Shown one piece after another: positions 9,417 through 19,903 of a DNA stretch of 64,000 nt. Below the pieces are notes generated by a model. That model was not told the origin of the DNA. It did no database searches and worked only from the letters and a program-made list of their open reading frames with translations. A program made the translations under genes and the position numbers. Source of the DNA: Paramoeba atlantica (taxonomy: Eukaryota; Protista; Discosea); assembly GCA_977017575.1 (NCBI GenBank), contig CDRNVI010000003.1, positions 62,001 through 126,000 on the forward strand, written 5' to 3'. Every line of letters begins with the position of its first letter. The first letter of the stretch is position 1.

Positions 9417-10371
9417 CATTTTGCTAGCCCTTCATTTCTTTTCCCGGAAACGGGCATACATTTTCCTTTTAAATGCCCGTTTCCGGCTGACGGCTAGCAG
9501 GGACTGTCCCTCTTTGTCGTGGAAGTAGGGGACGTACTTCCGACTTTTCACCCCTCCCCGGCTCACTCCTTGAGTGAGTTTTCTTCCCTCCCCGGCTTTC
9601 TTCTTCTCGCGCCTGTCTCTTCCCGGGAGCTATGCGCCATGGTGGCCTCCCTTGAGGACCACTGGGCGTGACTCTGCCTCGCATTATCGCGAGGCAGCGG
9701 TCGGTTGCAGTGCGCCCCTCCGGCTGCGTAAAGAGGTGGTGAGTTGCCTGGACCACCTCTACCGACTGGGACCGAGTCGGTTGCAGTACGCCCCTCCGGC
9801 CGCGTAAAGAGAGGGCGAGTTGCCTGGACCGACCGAGTCCGTGTCGAACCCCCTTTGGCGACATCCGTTGTGGGCGGATTATGTGCCGATGATATCGGCC
9901 GTCGCATTAAGGGGATTATCTCTGCGCCAAAGAGCGCATGATAAACAAACTCTAGTGAAGATATATAAAAAAGAAGAAAAATACTTTCACTGTTAGAACC
10001 TGTATCTAAAGATGTACCACGCGTAGTACCAAATGCTAAAACGTATCAAAATACATCTAAAAACGCATAAAACATACCCCTGCCGGGTCGATGGGTAATT
10101 ACCCATTAGCGGGTCTGTGCGGGTAAATTACCCGGGTCTGTGACCCAGTTACCCGCACCGACCCACACCGACCCGCATCGGCGCACTAGCCATTAAATAC
10201 AAAATAATTTCCTCTTCTTTTATTAAAAGAAACATTTTGTTAAAAAGTACGTGATATTACGGTTGGATTTTTGAACCGTTGCACAAAAAAGCCGTGGGAC
10301 GAGGGGGGGTATGTTAAGTGTCGCAGGCCAGAATAACATACCCCCCCGGTATGTTATCCAAGGTATAGGTA

Positions 10372-11515
10372 CTGTGCCCCCCCCCACTTATTTGTCACCA
10401 CTTTTTCAAAAAAAGGACAATTAAGTGGGGGGGGGTCAATTTATTTGGTTAGATGAAGCAAAAGTCCCAAACTTTTTTCATTATTTTAGGAATCTCCAAT
10501 GCGTGCGGATAAAGTTGGCTTTACAGAAACGGTATCTTTATCGTATGAGTAGTTTTTCTACCTTTCCCGTACTAGTAAAGTTTATAGTAGTAGTAGTTTC
10601 TTTTGTCAAACCGCTATAAGGTATGGGGTTTGATAGAGCCCCGACTCGTGGGGCAGGAGGCCATATTGTAACCCAAGCATCAAGGCGGCATGGGCCAGAC
10701 GACCGGGATGGTGGTGGGAAATGACTGTTCGCAGTGAGGGAAGAAGGGAGTGGTGGTGGTGGGGAATGGTTGTTCGCAGGGAGGATTCCAAAATTTTACA
10801 GGCGTACTGGAAAGAACCAAAACCATTCTGCGAAAGTCTGAAGGCCAATTTTTTGGGAGTTGAATACGAATGGAAGAAGGACATTCTTTTTTGGCGAGTT
10901 CGTAGTGAAACGGTCTCATCGAGGGCGACACCAAAGTCTACTTATGATGACTTTACTGTTCGTACGGCAGTACGCTGGATTGCACGGCTCCTTTGGGTAC
11001 TCAGAATCGCACGCAAACCGCTGTATGAAGTTGATTATGCTATGGAACTCCTCTTCGAATGTACAAGTCAGGCGCATGTCCACAATTGGGATTCAAGATT
11101 ATCTAGCGTACTTCTTTTGCAATGGAACACTGGAAAATCGAATATTTTCCGATTGGCCATAAACCGAACCTGGAACCAAGCCAGTAAACCGCGCACAACA
11201 GGAGTAACTCTTTATACTTCCACAGACGCGTCAAAACTCTGTGGAAGAGGTGGACTAAGTTTCAAAGAGAAAAAAACGTAGCTAGGTATAGCGTATTGTG
11301 ATATGAAAAACTTGAAGTAGAAAGTATATACAAACAATACTACTTACTGACGTCGGGTTCTGATACACTGTATGTATGAGGTTCGTAGGGAAATATTGCC
11401 CTCCCCCCCCAAAAAAAAAATTCCGGCGCCGCTTCGCGGCGCCTCCTGCCCAGTCTCGTCAAAAAGGACAATTAAGTGGGGGGGGGGAGTACGACAAATA
11501 AGTGGGGGGGCACAG
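10372..11515. mobile_element. TA-flanked TIR element with a captured retroelement fragment
   Basis: TA|CTGTGCCCCCCCCCCACTTATTTGTC ... GACAAATAAGTGGGGGGGCACAG|TA. It splits AAGGTATAGGTA/TGTTA of an older repeat also seen at 9327-9382 and about 38030-38160. Confidence 0.8.
10721..11281 (+). pseudogene. Fragment of YR-retrotransposon RT thumb / RNase H
   Basis: NFLGVEYEW (RT F/YLG motif), TVRTAVRWIARLLWVLRI (parallels SARKLYQFAGYLRHAYAI in the 54596 ORF), and LYTSTDASKLCGRG (DIRS-type RNase H TDAS motif). Confidence 0.55.
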
Positions 11516-12010
11516 TATGTTAAACGGGTATGTGGTGTACTTTTGAATTGATCATTAAGTCATAGGAACCCATGCAGACCGCCACTGTGAGCCAGTGACA
11601 AACGCTGCCAGCCACTGCGAGCCAAAAACGTCCTCTGAGAGCCTTTCTCACTGAAGCAAAACCATCTGGTTACTCGAACAATTAGTCCTTCATGTCTTGA
11701 AGGTACGCTTCAAGGTCGGCGGTTGAGTACGCGCTCCGAGAGCGGACGCTAAGAAGAAGATGGCCCCGGAGGTCAACCAAGTGAAACAGGACACGAGTCA
11801 CGATGCACGAGGTCAATTCAATGCCACACACAGAGAGCGCAAAATATAGGAAGTTGTCCATCGTGCATGAAACGCGCCCCGCGATTTCATCCACTTTACT
11901 ACTGAGCTCCGCATTGCTTATCTCCAATCGTTGCTCGGAGAAAACGTCGGGCCTCTTTGTAAAGACCCGGACTGTCGAAGCCATGATGACATCGAAGAGT
12001 TTGTCTTCGG

Positions 12011-12527
12011 CACTTGTCTCAGGCAAAAAAAAATCCAAATCATTCCGGATTGCTCCGGATGGTCACTGGCAAGCCAGACCCTTCACAGACAGATTTGGAT
12101 GTTCCGAGGCCGACGTCCTCCACCAGTTTCCGCTTTTCCAAGGCTGCAGCAACGTGCTGTTGCCAAAACGCTGTGTCGACGAACTGTACGTCAACACGGC
12201 TTACCCAAGAGGTGTGAGCCTGGTAAGGGAGCTGGTTCCCTGAGGGGAGGGTCCGAGACGGTCCTCCGAGTACTGGGCCTAGTCGGTTCTCAGCTCAGTA
12301 TCTTAGAGTGAGGCCGCCAGGAATAATGCGATGAGCGGGTTTGAACTCGCCATCTGAGAGCCATGTGCTTCAAACTTTGAATTCTTGCCACTCCGCCACT
12401 TGTCTCAGGCCCAAGAACCAAAAAATACAAATCATTCCGGATTGCTCCGGACGGTCACTGGCAAGTCGGACCCTGCACAGACAGATTTGGAAGTTCCGAG
12501 GCCGACGTCCTCTACCAGTTTCCGCTT
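12011..12527 (+). repeat. Imperfect direct repeat pair of about 125-130 bp (12011-12135 and 12397-12527)
   Basis: Shared CACTTGTCTCAGGC...CAAATCATTCCGGATTGCTCCGGA[TC]GGTCACTGGCAAG...GTTCCGAGGCCGACGTCCTC[CT]ACCAGTTTCCGCTT. Confidence 0.8.
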
Positions 12528-12783
12528 GTCCAAGGGGGCGGAGGTGGCGGAGTGACAAGAATTCAAAAACAGGAGAAACGTGCTGAACACGCATGCCGAT
12601 GCATGTAAGTGCATCTAAAAGGAAAAAGCAAAAAGCGGAAGGAACGGGATTAAGATTGGTAAGGAGTCAAGGGTTCGAAAGAAGCTTTTTTAATGGACAA
12701 ATTTTACTGTTTTTCTGAGTTTTTTTCCGTGCATGTTTCCTTATTTTTTAATCCACTTTTTCCCCATCATATTTTTTCTTATT

Positions 12784-13215
12784 GCGGTGGTTGTATAACT
12801 ACCACCCTACCCTCGATTATTGAAAAAAAGTGAACAAAAACAGTGAAAATATAAAGTGAAACACAGTAATAAATATTTTATAATAGAAGAAAAAATTGTA
12901 AAAGGGGGCTCCGGTGGTCTAAAATTGAAAATCAAAATTGAAAAAAATGGAGGGTCTAGGGGGGGGCATACCGCACGAAATTTTTTTGAAAAAATTATTT
13001 TTCGAAAATATTCCGCAGAAGGGGTAGCCAGGGTCTTGGCGCGCATTTTCCACCCCCATACCCGGGGGTGACCCCCCTGCGTATCCGCAGGACGGATCCG
13101 TCAACTTCGGATTTTTTCGGAAAAAAAAATTAAAAAAAAATTCAACTTGGCGAAAAAAATGGCAAAAAAATTATTTTTCCAAAATCTTTTCCGGTGTTGT
13201 ATTTTGAGAGTGCCT
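12784..13215 (+). repeat. Family X repeat, 5' half
   Basis: Colinear with 14649-15075. Confidence 0.82.
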
Positions 13216-13800
13216 ATGCTAAACATATGCTGGAGAAGGAAGGGCAACAATAAGTGTCGGAAGCGCCTTTCTCGTCTTTCACCGTATTTTTCTTCAAAGC
13301 ATAAACGAGCCAAAGAAAAAATCTTGTTCTGGATTAAGATCTGCCAAAAAGTCGATGCACAAGCATCTGCTTCGCAACTTTGCGTCAATAGGGTGGAAGC
13401 GTGAACTGTTGCGCTGGGTGTGGAAGTCTTCAAAGGTACAGAATGAGACTGTCTTGTTTTCTCGATGTGCAGCGGACGAAACATTTTTCTTTAAGCGGAA
13501 GTATAAGGAAGGACTCGAAGTCAATCCTTTTGGATGCTCACAAGGTGGTTGCACTTCGACAATATGGTACCGCGTGGCGAAAAGGGACGCTGTAAGACTG
13601 CAAAATTTAGTGAAAAAACACACTGTGCAGATTAAAGAACAGTAGTGTACACCGATGGATGGCGTGCTTATAGAGGCCTGGGCGATACAGTGCGACATCG
13701 AACTGTGAACCATTCCAGAAGCGGAAAATACCGGTTTGTCATAGAGGAGGGGGTGCACACGAATCATGCAGAATCAGCTCACTCGTCGGTGAAGCGCTGA
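13210..13800 (+). pseudogene. Merlin/ISXO2-like transposase remnant
   Basis: ICWRRKGNNKCRKRLS (Zn ribbon), ADETFFFKRKY, and VYTDGWRAYRGLGDTVRHRTVNHS...GVHTNHAESAHSSVKR*, across shifted frames. Confidence 0.85.
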
Positions 13801-14074
13801 GTCCGAAGGCAAGGAAGGTTGTCTATGAATCCGAGAGAAGCAGAGAAATGCATTGCCCTATATACACTTTGGTTCAAAAGAACCACGTGGCAGGAACGTC
13901 ATCATTATTTCTCTGTCTAAATTTTCGGTAATGCCTGCCGAATATAGAAGAAGAGGACAATGAAAGTGAAACAGAAGAGGAACAATGTGAGCAATTTATG
14001 GAAGAGGAGGAAGGATCACACAAGCTGAGCGCAACAGAGCTCATGCAGTATCGCAGGATGATGAGCTGGAACGT

Positions 14075-14698
14075 GTGAAGCAATGCTCCACGCTAACACT
14101 CACATCTTTTCAACTGATTGAGAATATTCTTATCAATTCACACATTGTTTGTGATGAAACCCTCCAAAGCGATGGAGATAAAAGATGCTCTATTCAGAGA
14201 CATCATGATGGACATAACGTCGTTTACGTTAAAGGCAATGGCGATTCTCTCGCCATGGTATGTCTGACTAAACGACGAGTGTTCACATATAATTGCGCAG
14301 CTTCTATGGAAACACAGATAGCGGCAATTCGAACCGTCTACAATATTGGAAACATGGCTACTACGCCAGTTCCTTTAGTAGGAAACGATGAAGGTGAGCT
14401 CTCCCTGGGAGCCATAGCCTACACTATCACGCAAGACCGTGATTGGCCGAAACTGACAGAACGTGATAAACTTTTATCACTCTGGAAGTGGCTCGAAGCT
14501 TCACTGGAAAAAGGCGAAGTGGGGGTTATACCCCTCACTTTGTATCCACAAGAAAAGCGTACCAAAGAAGCATTCACAAGGCTAGATCATCCACTAAAAT
14601 CAGTAGAGATTCTCTACTTTGTGGAAAATGTATTATGTAAAACCATTACGGTGGTTGTAAAACTACCGCTCTACACTCGATTATTGAAAAAAAAGTGA
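14075..14698 (+). CDS. Hypothetical ORF, interrupted at its 3' end by repeat X
   Basis: 207-codon open frame with globular-like composition; the last codons run into the family X end. No family recognised. Confidence 0.3.
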   Translation: MKQCSTLTLTSFQLIENILINSHIVCDETLQSDGDKRCSIQRHHDGHNVVYVKGNGDSLAMVCLTKRRVFTYNCAASMETQIAAIRTVYNIGNMATTPVPLVGNDEGELSLGAIAYTITQDRDWPKLTERDKLLSLWKWLEASLEKGEVGVIPLTLYPQEKRTKEAFTRLDHPLKSVEILYFVENVLCKTITVVVKLPLYTRLLKKK

Positions 14699-15526
14699 AC
14701 AAAAACAGTGAAAATATAAAGGGGAACACAGTAATATAATAGAAGAAAAAAATATAAAAGGGGGCTCCGGTGGACCAAAACTGAAAAAAAAAATCGAAAA
14801 AAATGGGGGGTCCATGGGGGGGTCCAGGGGGGGGGGTCATGGTCGAGCAAATTTTTTCGAAAAAATTCGTTTTCGAAAAAAAACCGCAGAAAGGGTAGCC
14901 GGGGTCTTGGCGCGCATTTTCCATCCCCCTACCCGGGGGTGACCCCCCCGCGTATCCGCAGGACGGGTCCGCCAAGTTTGGATTTTTTCGGAAAAAAAGA
15001 TTTGAAAAAAATTTCAACTTGGCGAAAAAAATGGCAAAAAAAATATTTTTCCAAAATCGTTTCCCCTATTGTATTTTGATAGTTTGGGACCTACACTAGC
15101 TTTCTACGCAGTTGCTTTCGCAAGGTATCACTTCTTCAAACCGTGGTGCGCCACTCAAAATGACCCATTTTTAACTAGAAAAGGTGAAAAAGTATTTTTC
15201 GGACCTAAAGGGGCATTTTTGTGTCGAAAGAATGGTATGGTTGGAGTCGTCTTCTCTACCCAATACGTTCGGTAGGCTTCCATTCATGCCTACGAGTGAT
15301 TTCCCATGCGCAAATGTCGGATTTAGTGCTCTGACAGCAAAAATACGCGAAAATCACCCCATTTGTACCCGAAATTCGGCTATTTTTGGCTATAATCTTT
15401 CCGTTTTCCAGGCTAAATTTTCTTTTTTAGGCTCTTCGTTGAACGCGGCGGTAGTTTTCAACGCGAAGCCCGCAGCATGAGTGACTTCTAAGTTGAAAAC
15501 AACCACCGCGTTTAACGAAGAGCCTA
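14649..15526 (+). mobile_element. Most complete copy of family X, with a small 5' hairpin and a large 3' palindrome
   Basis: Starts CGGTGGTTGTAAAACTACCGC and ends in palindrome copy 2 (15416-15526). Further partial copies lie at 4861, 8165, 12784, about 23195-23522 and about 31990-32290. Confidence 0.75.
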
Positions 15527-15542
15527 ATATTATTTGGAGCTC

Positions 15543-16010
15543 ATATTTCCGATGTCGATATCCTTCGAAACTTGAACAAAATTTAGTTGAAAGTACCTAC
15601 AACACCTTTGACCAGATAAGTTAGAATATTAGTCCATACAGAATATAGTCCATGCGTAGAATAATCATTCGGAATTAGAACATTAGATAACACACCTTTA
15701 AACTCGCGCACCTGTGTATTTAAGTAAGCAATGTTCAGCCTGGTTTAGCCCAAATACGTGTAAGTTGGTAGTAGCATTCACATTGCTCTGGTTAGCTCGC
15801 GTTTTAAACATGCCTACCTTGTACGATTTTTGAATGCACGCTGATAGATTCTAAGTTGAAAATAACGACGCCTTTCACGAAGCGACTAGAATAGAAATTA
15901 ATTATTACAGCAGATTTTCGGAAAAATGAGTGACACATAATTATTACCTTAATTTCTGGTACCTTAATTTCTGGTACCTTAATTTTAATTACCTTAATAA
16001 GTGTTTTGAC
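15543..16010 (+). repeat. About 470-bp dispersed repeat, second copy at 30767-31194
   Basis: Colinear from ATATTTCCGATGTC to ATAAGTGTTTTGAC; contains tandem copies of GGTACCTTAATTTCT. Confidence 0.85.
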
Positions 16011-16332
16011 GTTAGGATTTATGGTGAAGACGTGGTCAATTTTTATGATTTTCATAATTATTTGTGACAGAAGTGAAGTCCTAAGGAAGTTTGTACTCGA
16101 AAATATGGTATAAAACAAAGTTTTGTGTTAAAAAATGAAGTTACGTCTGAAAAATGTATGATCAGGTTTTTTTATGTTTTTTTTAGGAATGGGTGCAATG
16201 TAACCCGTCTGTAGCCAAAAAATGAGAATGCGTCTCTGAATGACCACGTCAACGTGCAACTCCATTTGAACACCAAAAATGAGAATGTCCAAAAAAGTTC
16301 CATACAGCTTCTGCACTTCCTCTTTATACCTA

Positions 16333-16912
16333 AAGGGGGGGATCGTTTATTGTTAACATTTTTTTCGAGCATTTTTTGCTAACAATAATCGAATGTTAAC
16401 AATAATCGAACTTTTACCCCCCAATGTTAACATTATACGAGTTGCAATGAAAGTTCGAATATTGTTAACAATGAGGAGTATTTGGGCACTCTCTGGAGGT
16501 CGCTGAAGGTCACTGGCAATCGCCAGAGCTACTAACGACTCTCCAATGACACCTCTTTAGGGAACAATGTAGTTTTCAATTGCCATACAGTTTCACCCAA
16601 AACTGAGTTATGCGAATCGAAGTGCGATGTCGGTGAGGTACCGTTTACTTGCCTTCTCAACGTTTTATCTCTGGAGGCTGCCATCGTCGGGCGACTGAAA
16701 GTTGTTTCAATAACATAGTTTAGAATATCGTTAAGCGCATCATTTTTCTTATCATGAACGCTATAAAACATGACCATAGGGAACAAAAAAATTCAAAAGC
16801 CACACGAAAAAACCGAAATTAATTCATTGTTAACAATAATCGAATGTTAACAATAAATGAATTTATTGATTGTTAACAATAATCGAATGGTAACAATAAA
16901 CGAGCCCCCCTT
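16333..16912. mobile_element. Non-autonomous TIR element (580 bp); related inverted copy at 35933-36404
   Basis: TA|AAGGGGGGG[AC]TCGTTTATTGTTAACA ... TAACAATAAACGAGCCCCCCTT|TA; repeated AACAATAATCGAATGTTAAC subterminal motif. Confidence 0.82.
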
Positions 16913-17030
16913 TAATATTACTCCCCCCTATCCTAGAGTTGCCTCGTTTGCCTTCAGTGAAAAGGGGTACCGTTGCTGAGACTGGAAAAGAATTAATTAT
17001 AGCTGACAAAAAGTTCTTATTGAATGATCG

Positions 17031-19214
17031 CTAATGCGTTGCGAATGTGATGTCTGTGGAAAGCAACATAAAGAAAAATGACGGAAAAGTGGACGTTTTC
17101 GAGTTATTCGACGAGTCCAGTCGCAAATCAGTGAAACCCTTGAACATAATTTTAGAGAAAGAAGCAACCACAGCTTCCACTATGGATCTGTCCGTGTCCT
17201 TATCATTACCCAACAAATACTTCAGATATGACACGACATGCAGAAAACTATGGTAATTTACCTTTGGGAGCAGGGAAAGGACACGAACGTATTCAGTTGG
17301 ATGACTTTCTGAAAAAAGATGCTGATAAAAAAGCGGTACAATTGGATCTTGTAGTGAACTTAAAAAATGGACAAAAATGGAAGCAATTGTTTTTGCGTCA
17401 CAAGTTGCTAGAGCGGCAAAGTTTCCACAATCCAGGTCGTAACAGAAAGGATTCAATGTGTCGATATGATCAATTGTTTCAAAATCAGCGAAACGAACAT
17501 TTGTAGTATAAAGGCAATTAATTAAGTGCCAGAGTTCCTTTACGGAGTAAAATTCATGTGAAAATTCGGTCTTTCTCAGATTCCTAAATCCCTCGATACA
17601 TGAAGTAAGTCCTAAGGAGTGAATGTTATCTAAAGTGTTGCCGAAACAAGAGGGATACAAATAAGCAGAAGCCAGAATATGTTTCGGAGGCCCATAAGAG
17701 GGTTGCAAGACGATGCATTTGCTTATTAAAAAGCGCTCAACGCCACAAAAGGGTGGATAGTGCTTTTGAAATTGCAGGCTTTCTGTATCTATTATGGCTT
17801 CAAAAGTAAACGAAACCTCTTCAGAAGGAAATATAATTCTTTCCAATGGAGTAACAGAAAGCCATTCGGATTGAATCAAAGGTGTATGGGCATTAAAGGG
17901 CGGTATTTCCGTGGAAGATGCCGGATACTCAAAGCGATAAGCGTTAACTTTGATAACTGAATGCCCCAAGTTCCTTGCAAGAACCACAATTTTCTTTTTT
18001 GCACCGTAGAACAACTTTTCGAACAGAACTGTATGTGTGTTTAGTTGCAGACCAGGAACGATTACGTTATCATAGCCCTGAGAATCAATTTGCTTTCTAA
18101 GAGACTGAATTACTATGCTCCGTTTGCGGGGCACCTCCTTTAGAACTGAAAGGGAAAAAACTGCTGACAAAGGCTTGTGATCACTGCATTTGATGTCACT
18201 GAAAGTATTTACTTGACGCAATTGAACCATGCACCCTAAAGACGAATTTCGAACAGCGGTGTTACGTACCCACCACAAAATACGATCTGTATAGGCCGGA
18301 ACTCTTTTCTTTTCGGATGAATCAAAAGTAGAAGAGCCTGGATCATAACGGTACGTAGGAGGAAAATTTGGTGTAGCTTCTGAAAAATTAGTCCAGCAAG
18401 AGCAACGAGAAGCTAGCTGCTCATGCAGTTGGTCTTTTTCCATCAAAAGATCCCAACGTTTTTGCTTAACAAGTAGAGAAGCTTGCTCCTGAGTATATCC
18501 TTGGACACGATAATTCAAATCTCCGAAAACAAGAAGAATGTCATGATCCTTCGGTAGAACAGGACATCCAGAACTCTCTACAACGAGGCTCTGCAAAATA
18601 GACTCGAAGTCGCGGTTCCTTTTGTTCACCTCGCTTACATGTGCGGCTAAGTGCGAGTTTACGAAAAGTATCGAAGTGCGATGAATAACGAGTCGAATGC
18701 CGATGGCACCTTTGTTTCCCAAAGTGCCCATCATTGAACCGGTAGCAAGCGTTGTGACTTGTACATCCTTCACGGAATTCTTTAAAGAGTTGTGTGCAAA
18801 TACAGCCAGATAAAGTCCAACCATTTGTTTGGATGTTAGCAACTCGTATTCAGCTTGCTTTTTAAAAGCAGCTGATCTGGTGTACGAGGTAAGCAAGTTG
18901 GTCCAATACAAGGATGCGTCCGTTTCATTGCGCACCAATGCTTGAGGACTCATATCAATTTCTTGCAAACCAACAACAAGGAGCGCAGGGTTCGATTCAA
19001 TTCGAAGCCACGAGCTAAGATCCTCAGTCGTCCGGCGCTCATTGACATTAAAAGTACACACCACAATAGGTATTTCAATTCGCTTGGTAAAATCTATGTA
19101 GTAGTAGTCCAATTGCTCCGTAATCCATTCCTGGGCGCTCTTAGGTAAACCCCGCTCATCACCAGAGAAAATTGGAGGTAAAATTTTAGACATACATGTA
19201 CATAGGAAAACCAT
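17031..19214 (-). CDS. Inositol polyphosphate 5-phosphatase, OCRL/INPP5B-like
   Basis: GNKGAIGIRL, FVNSHLAAH, FGDLNYR, PTYRYD, PAYTDRILW and SDHKPL motifs; the long C-terminus is consistent with ASH plus RhoGAP-like domains. Confidence 0.9.
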   Translation of the reverse strand: MVFLCTCMSKILPPIFSGDERGLPKSAQEWITEQLDYYYIDFTKRIEIPIVVCTFNVNERRTTEDLSSWLRIESNPALLVVGLQEIDMSPQALVRNETDASLYWTNLLTSYTRSAAFKKQAEYELLTSKQMVGLYLAVFAHNSLKNSVKDVQVTTLATGSMMGTLGNKGAIGIRLVIHRTSILFVNSHLAAHVSEVNKRNRDFESILQSLVVESSGCPVLPKDHDILLVFGDLNYRVQGYTQEQASLLVKQKRWDLLMEKDQLHEQLASRCSCWTNFSEATPNFPPTYRYDPGSSTFDSSEKKRVPAYTDRILWWVRNTAVRNSSLGCMVQLRQVNTFSDIKCSDHKPLSAVFSLSVLKEVPRKRSIVIQSLRKQIDSQGYDNVIVPGLQLNTHTVLFEKLFYGAKKKIVVLARNLGHSVIKVNAYRFEYPASSTEIPPFNAHTPLIQSEWLSVTPLERIIFPSEEVSFTFEAIIDTESLQFQKHYPPFCGVERFLISKCIVLQPSYGPPKHILASAYLYPSCFGNTLDNIHSLGLTSCIEGFRNLRKTEFSHEFYSVKELWHLINCLYTTNVRFADFETIDHIDTLNPFCYDLDCGNFAALATCDAKTIASIFVHFLSSLQDPIVPLFYQHLFSESHPTEYVRVLSLLPKVNYHSFLHVVSYLKYLLGNDKDTDRSIVEAVVASFSKIMFKGFTDLRLDSSNNSKTSTFPSFFFMLLSTDITFATH

Positions 19215-19519
19215 CACATGGCTTCATTGAAAATAAAGAGACACACAGTAGTGCCGTGACGAACATACAGTGGTAATTACGTTGAAGGTATTAGCATACC
19301 CCCTGCGCGCATTAGTTACATAGTATTTTGGCCTATTTTACTAATAGGTGATATGTATTTAATAAGTGATTTTTTAATTGCTCGTAACTAACAAGTGATT
19401 TTTCAAGACGTCGAATTTGAACTTTATGAGTTATGAGTAAAAGTGTTTCACAGAACTTTTGACGATACCTTGTCCCCCCGATCTTGCTTTAAATGTGCAG
19501 TAATCAGCTTACTGAATTA

Positions 19520-19840
19520 CTGGTCGAACAAAAAATTTGACATTTTTTTCGAGTGATGATTGTTAACGAGGTCAACAACGTGCGCAGGGTAAACATCTTG
19601 ATCAAGGGTTTGCTGCACCCATTCAACAGACTGAGACATTACAAGAGAACAAAAAAAGAAGTGTCGCTTGGAAAAAGCAAAATTTTCTAATGACTTGTTC
19701 TGAACTTTGAAAATGACCGACAATAAAGTCAAAAAGTATTTTGGTCCGCCGCGGAAGGAAAAATAAAGTCGGACCAATATTTATGTTGACCAAATTTATT
19801 GGGGCCCAATAAAAGTGGACCAAATTTTCTGCTCGGACGG
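19520..19840. mobile_element. Degenerate TA-flanked MITE; related to about 2510-2631
   Basis: TA|CTGGTCGAACAAAAAATTT ... AAATTTTCTGCTCGGACGG|TA; shares AAAGTCGGACCAAT and GACATTTTTTT blocks with 2510-2631. Confidence 0.55.
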
Positions 19841-19903
19841 TATTATGCTTCTTATAATCATATTATTTATTAGCAGAATAACAAGTTCGTTCGATTCTTC
19901 GTC

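Noticed and set aside
9625-9705. HDV-like ribozyme (Pr77-type)
   Set aside because: The hairpins are real, but I could not build the P1/P2/P3/P1.1 double pseudoknot.
9327-11537. One large TA-flanked element defined by CACCACATACCC-like TIRs (which would enclose the SL-like piece)
   Set aside because: 9327-9382 looks like a separate internally deleted mini-copy, and the 11537 end belongs to the copy starting near 10250. A single composite element is not supported.
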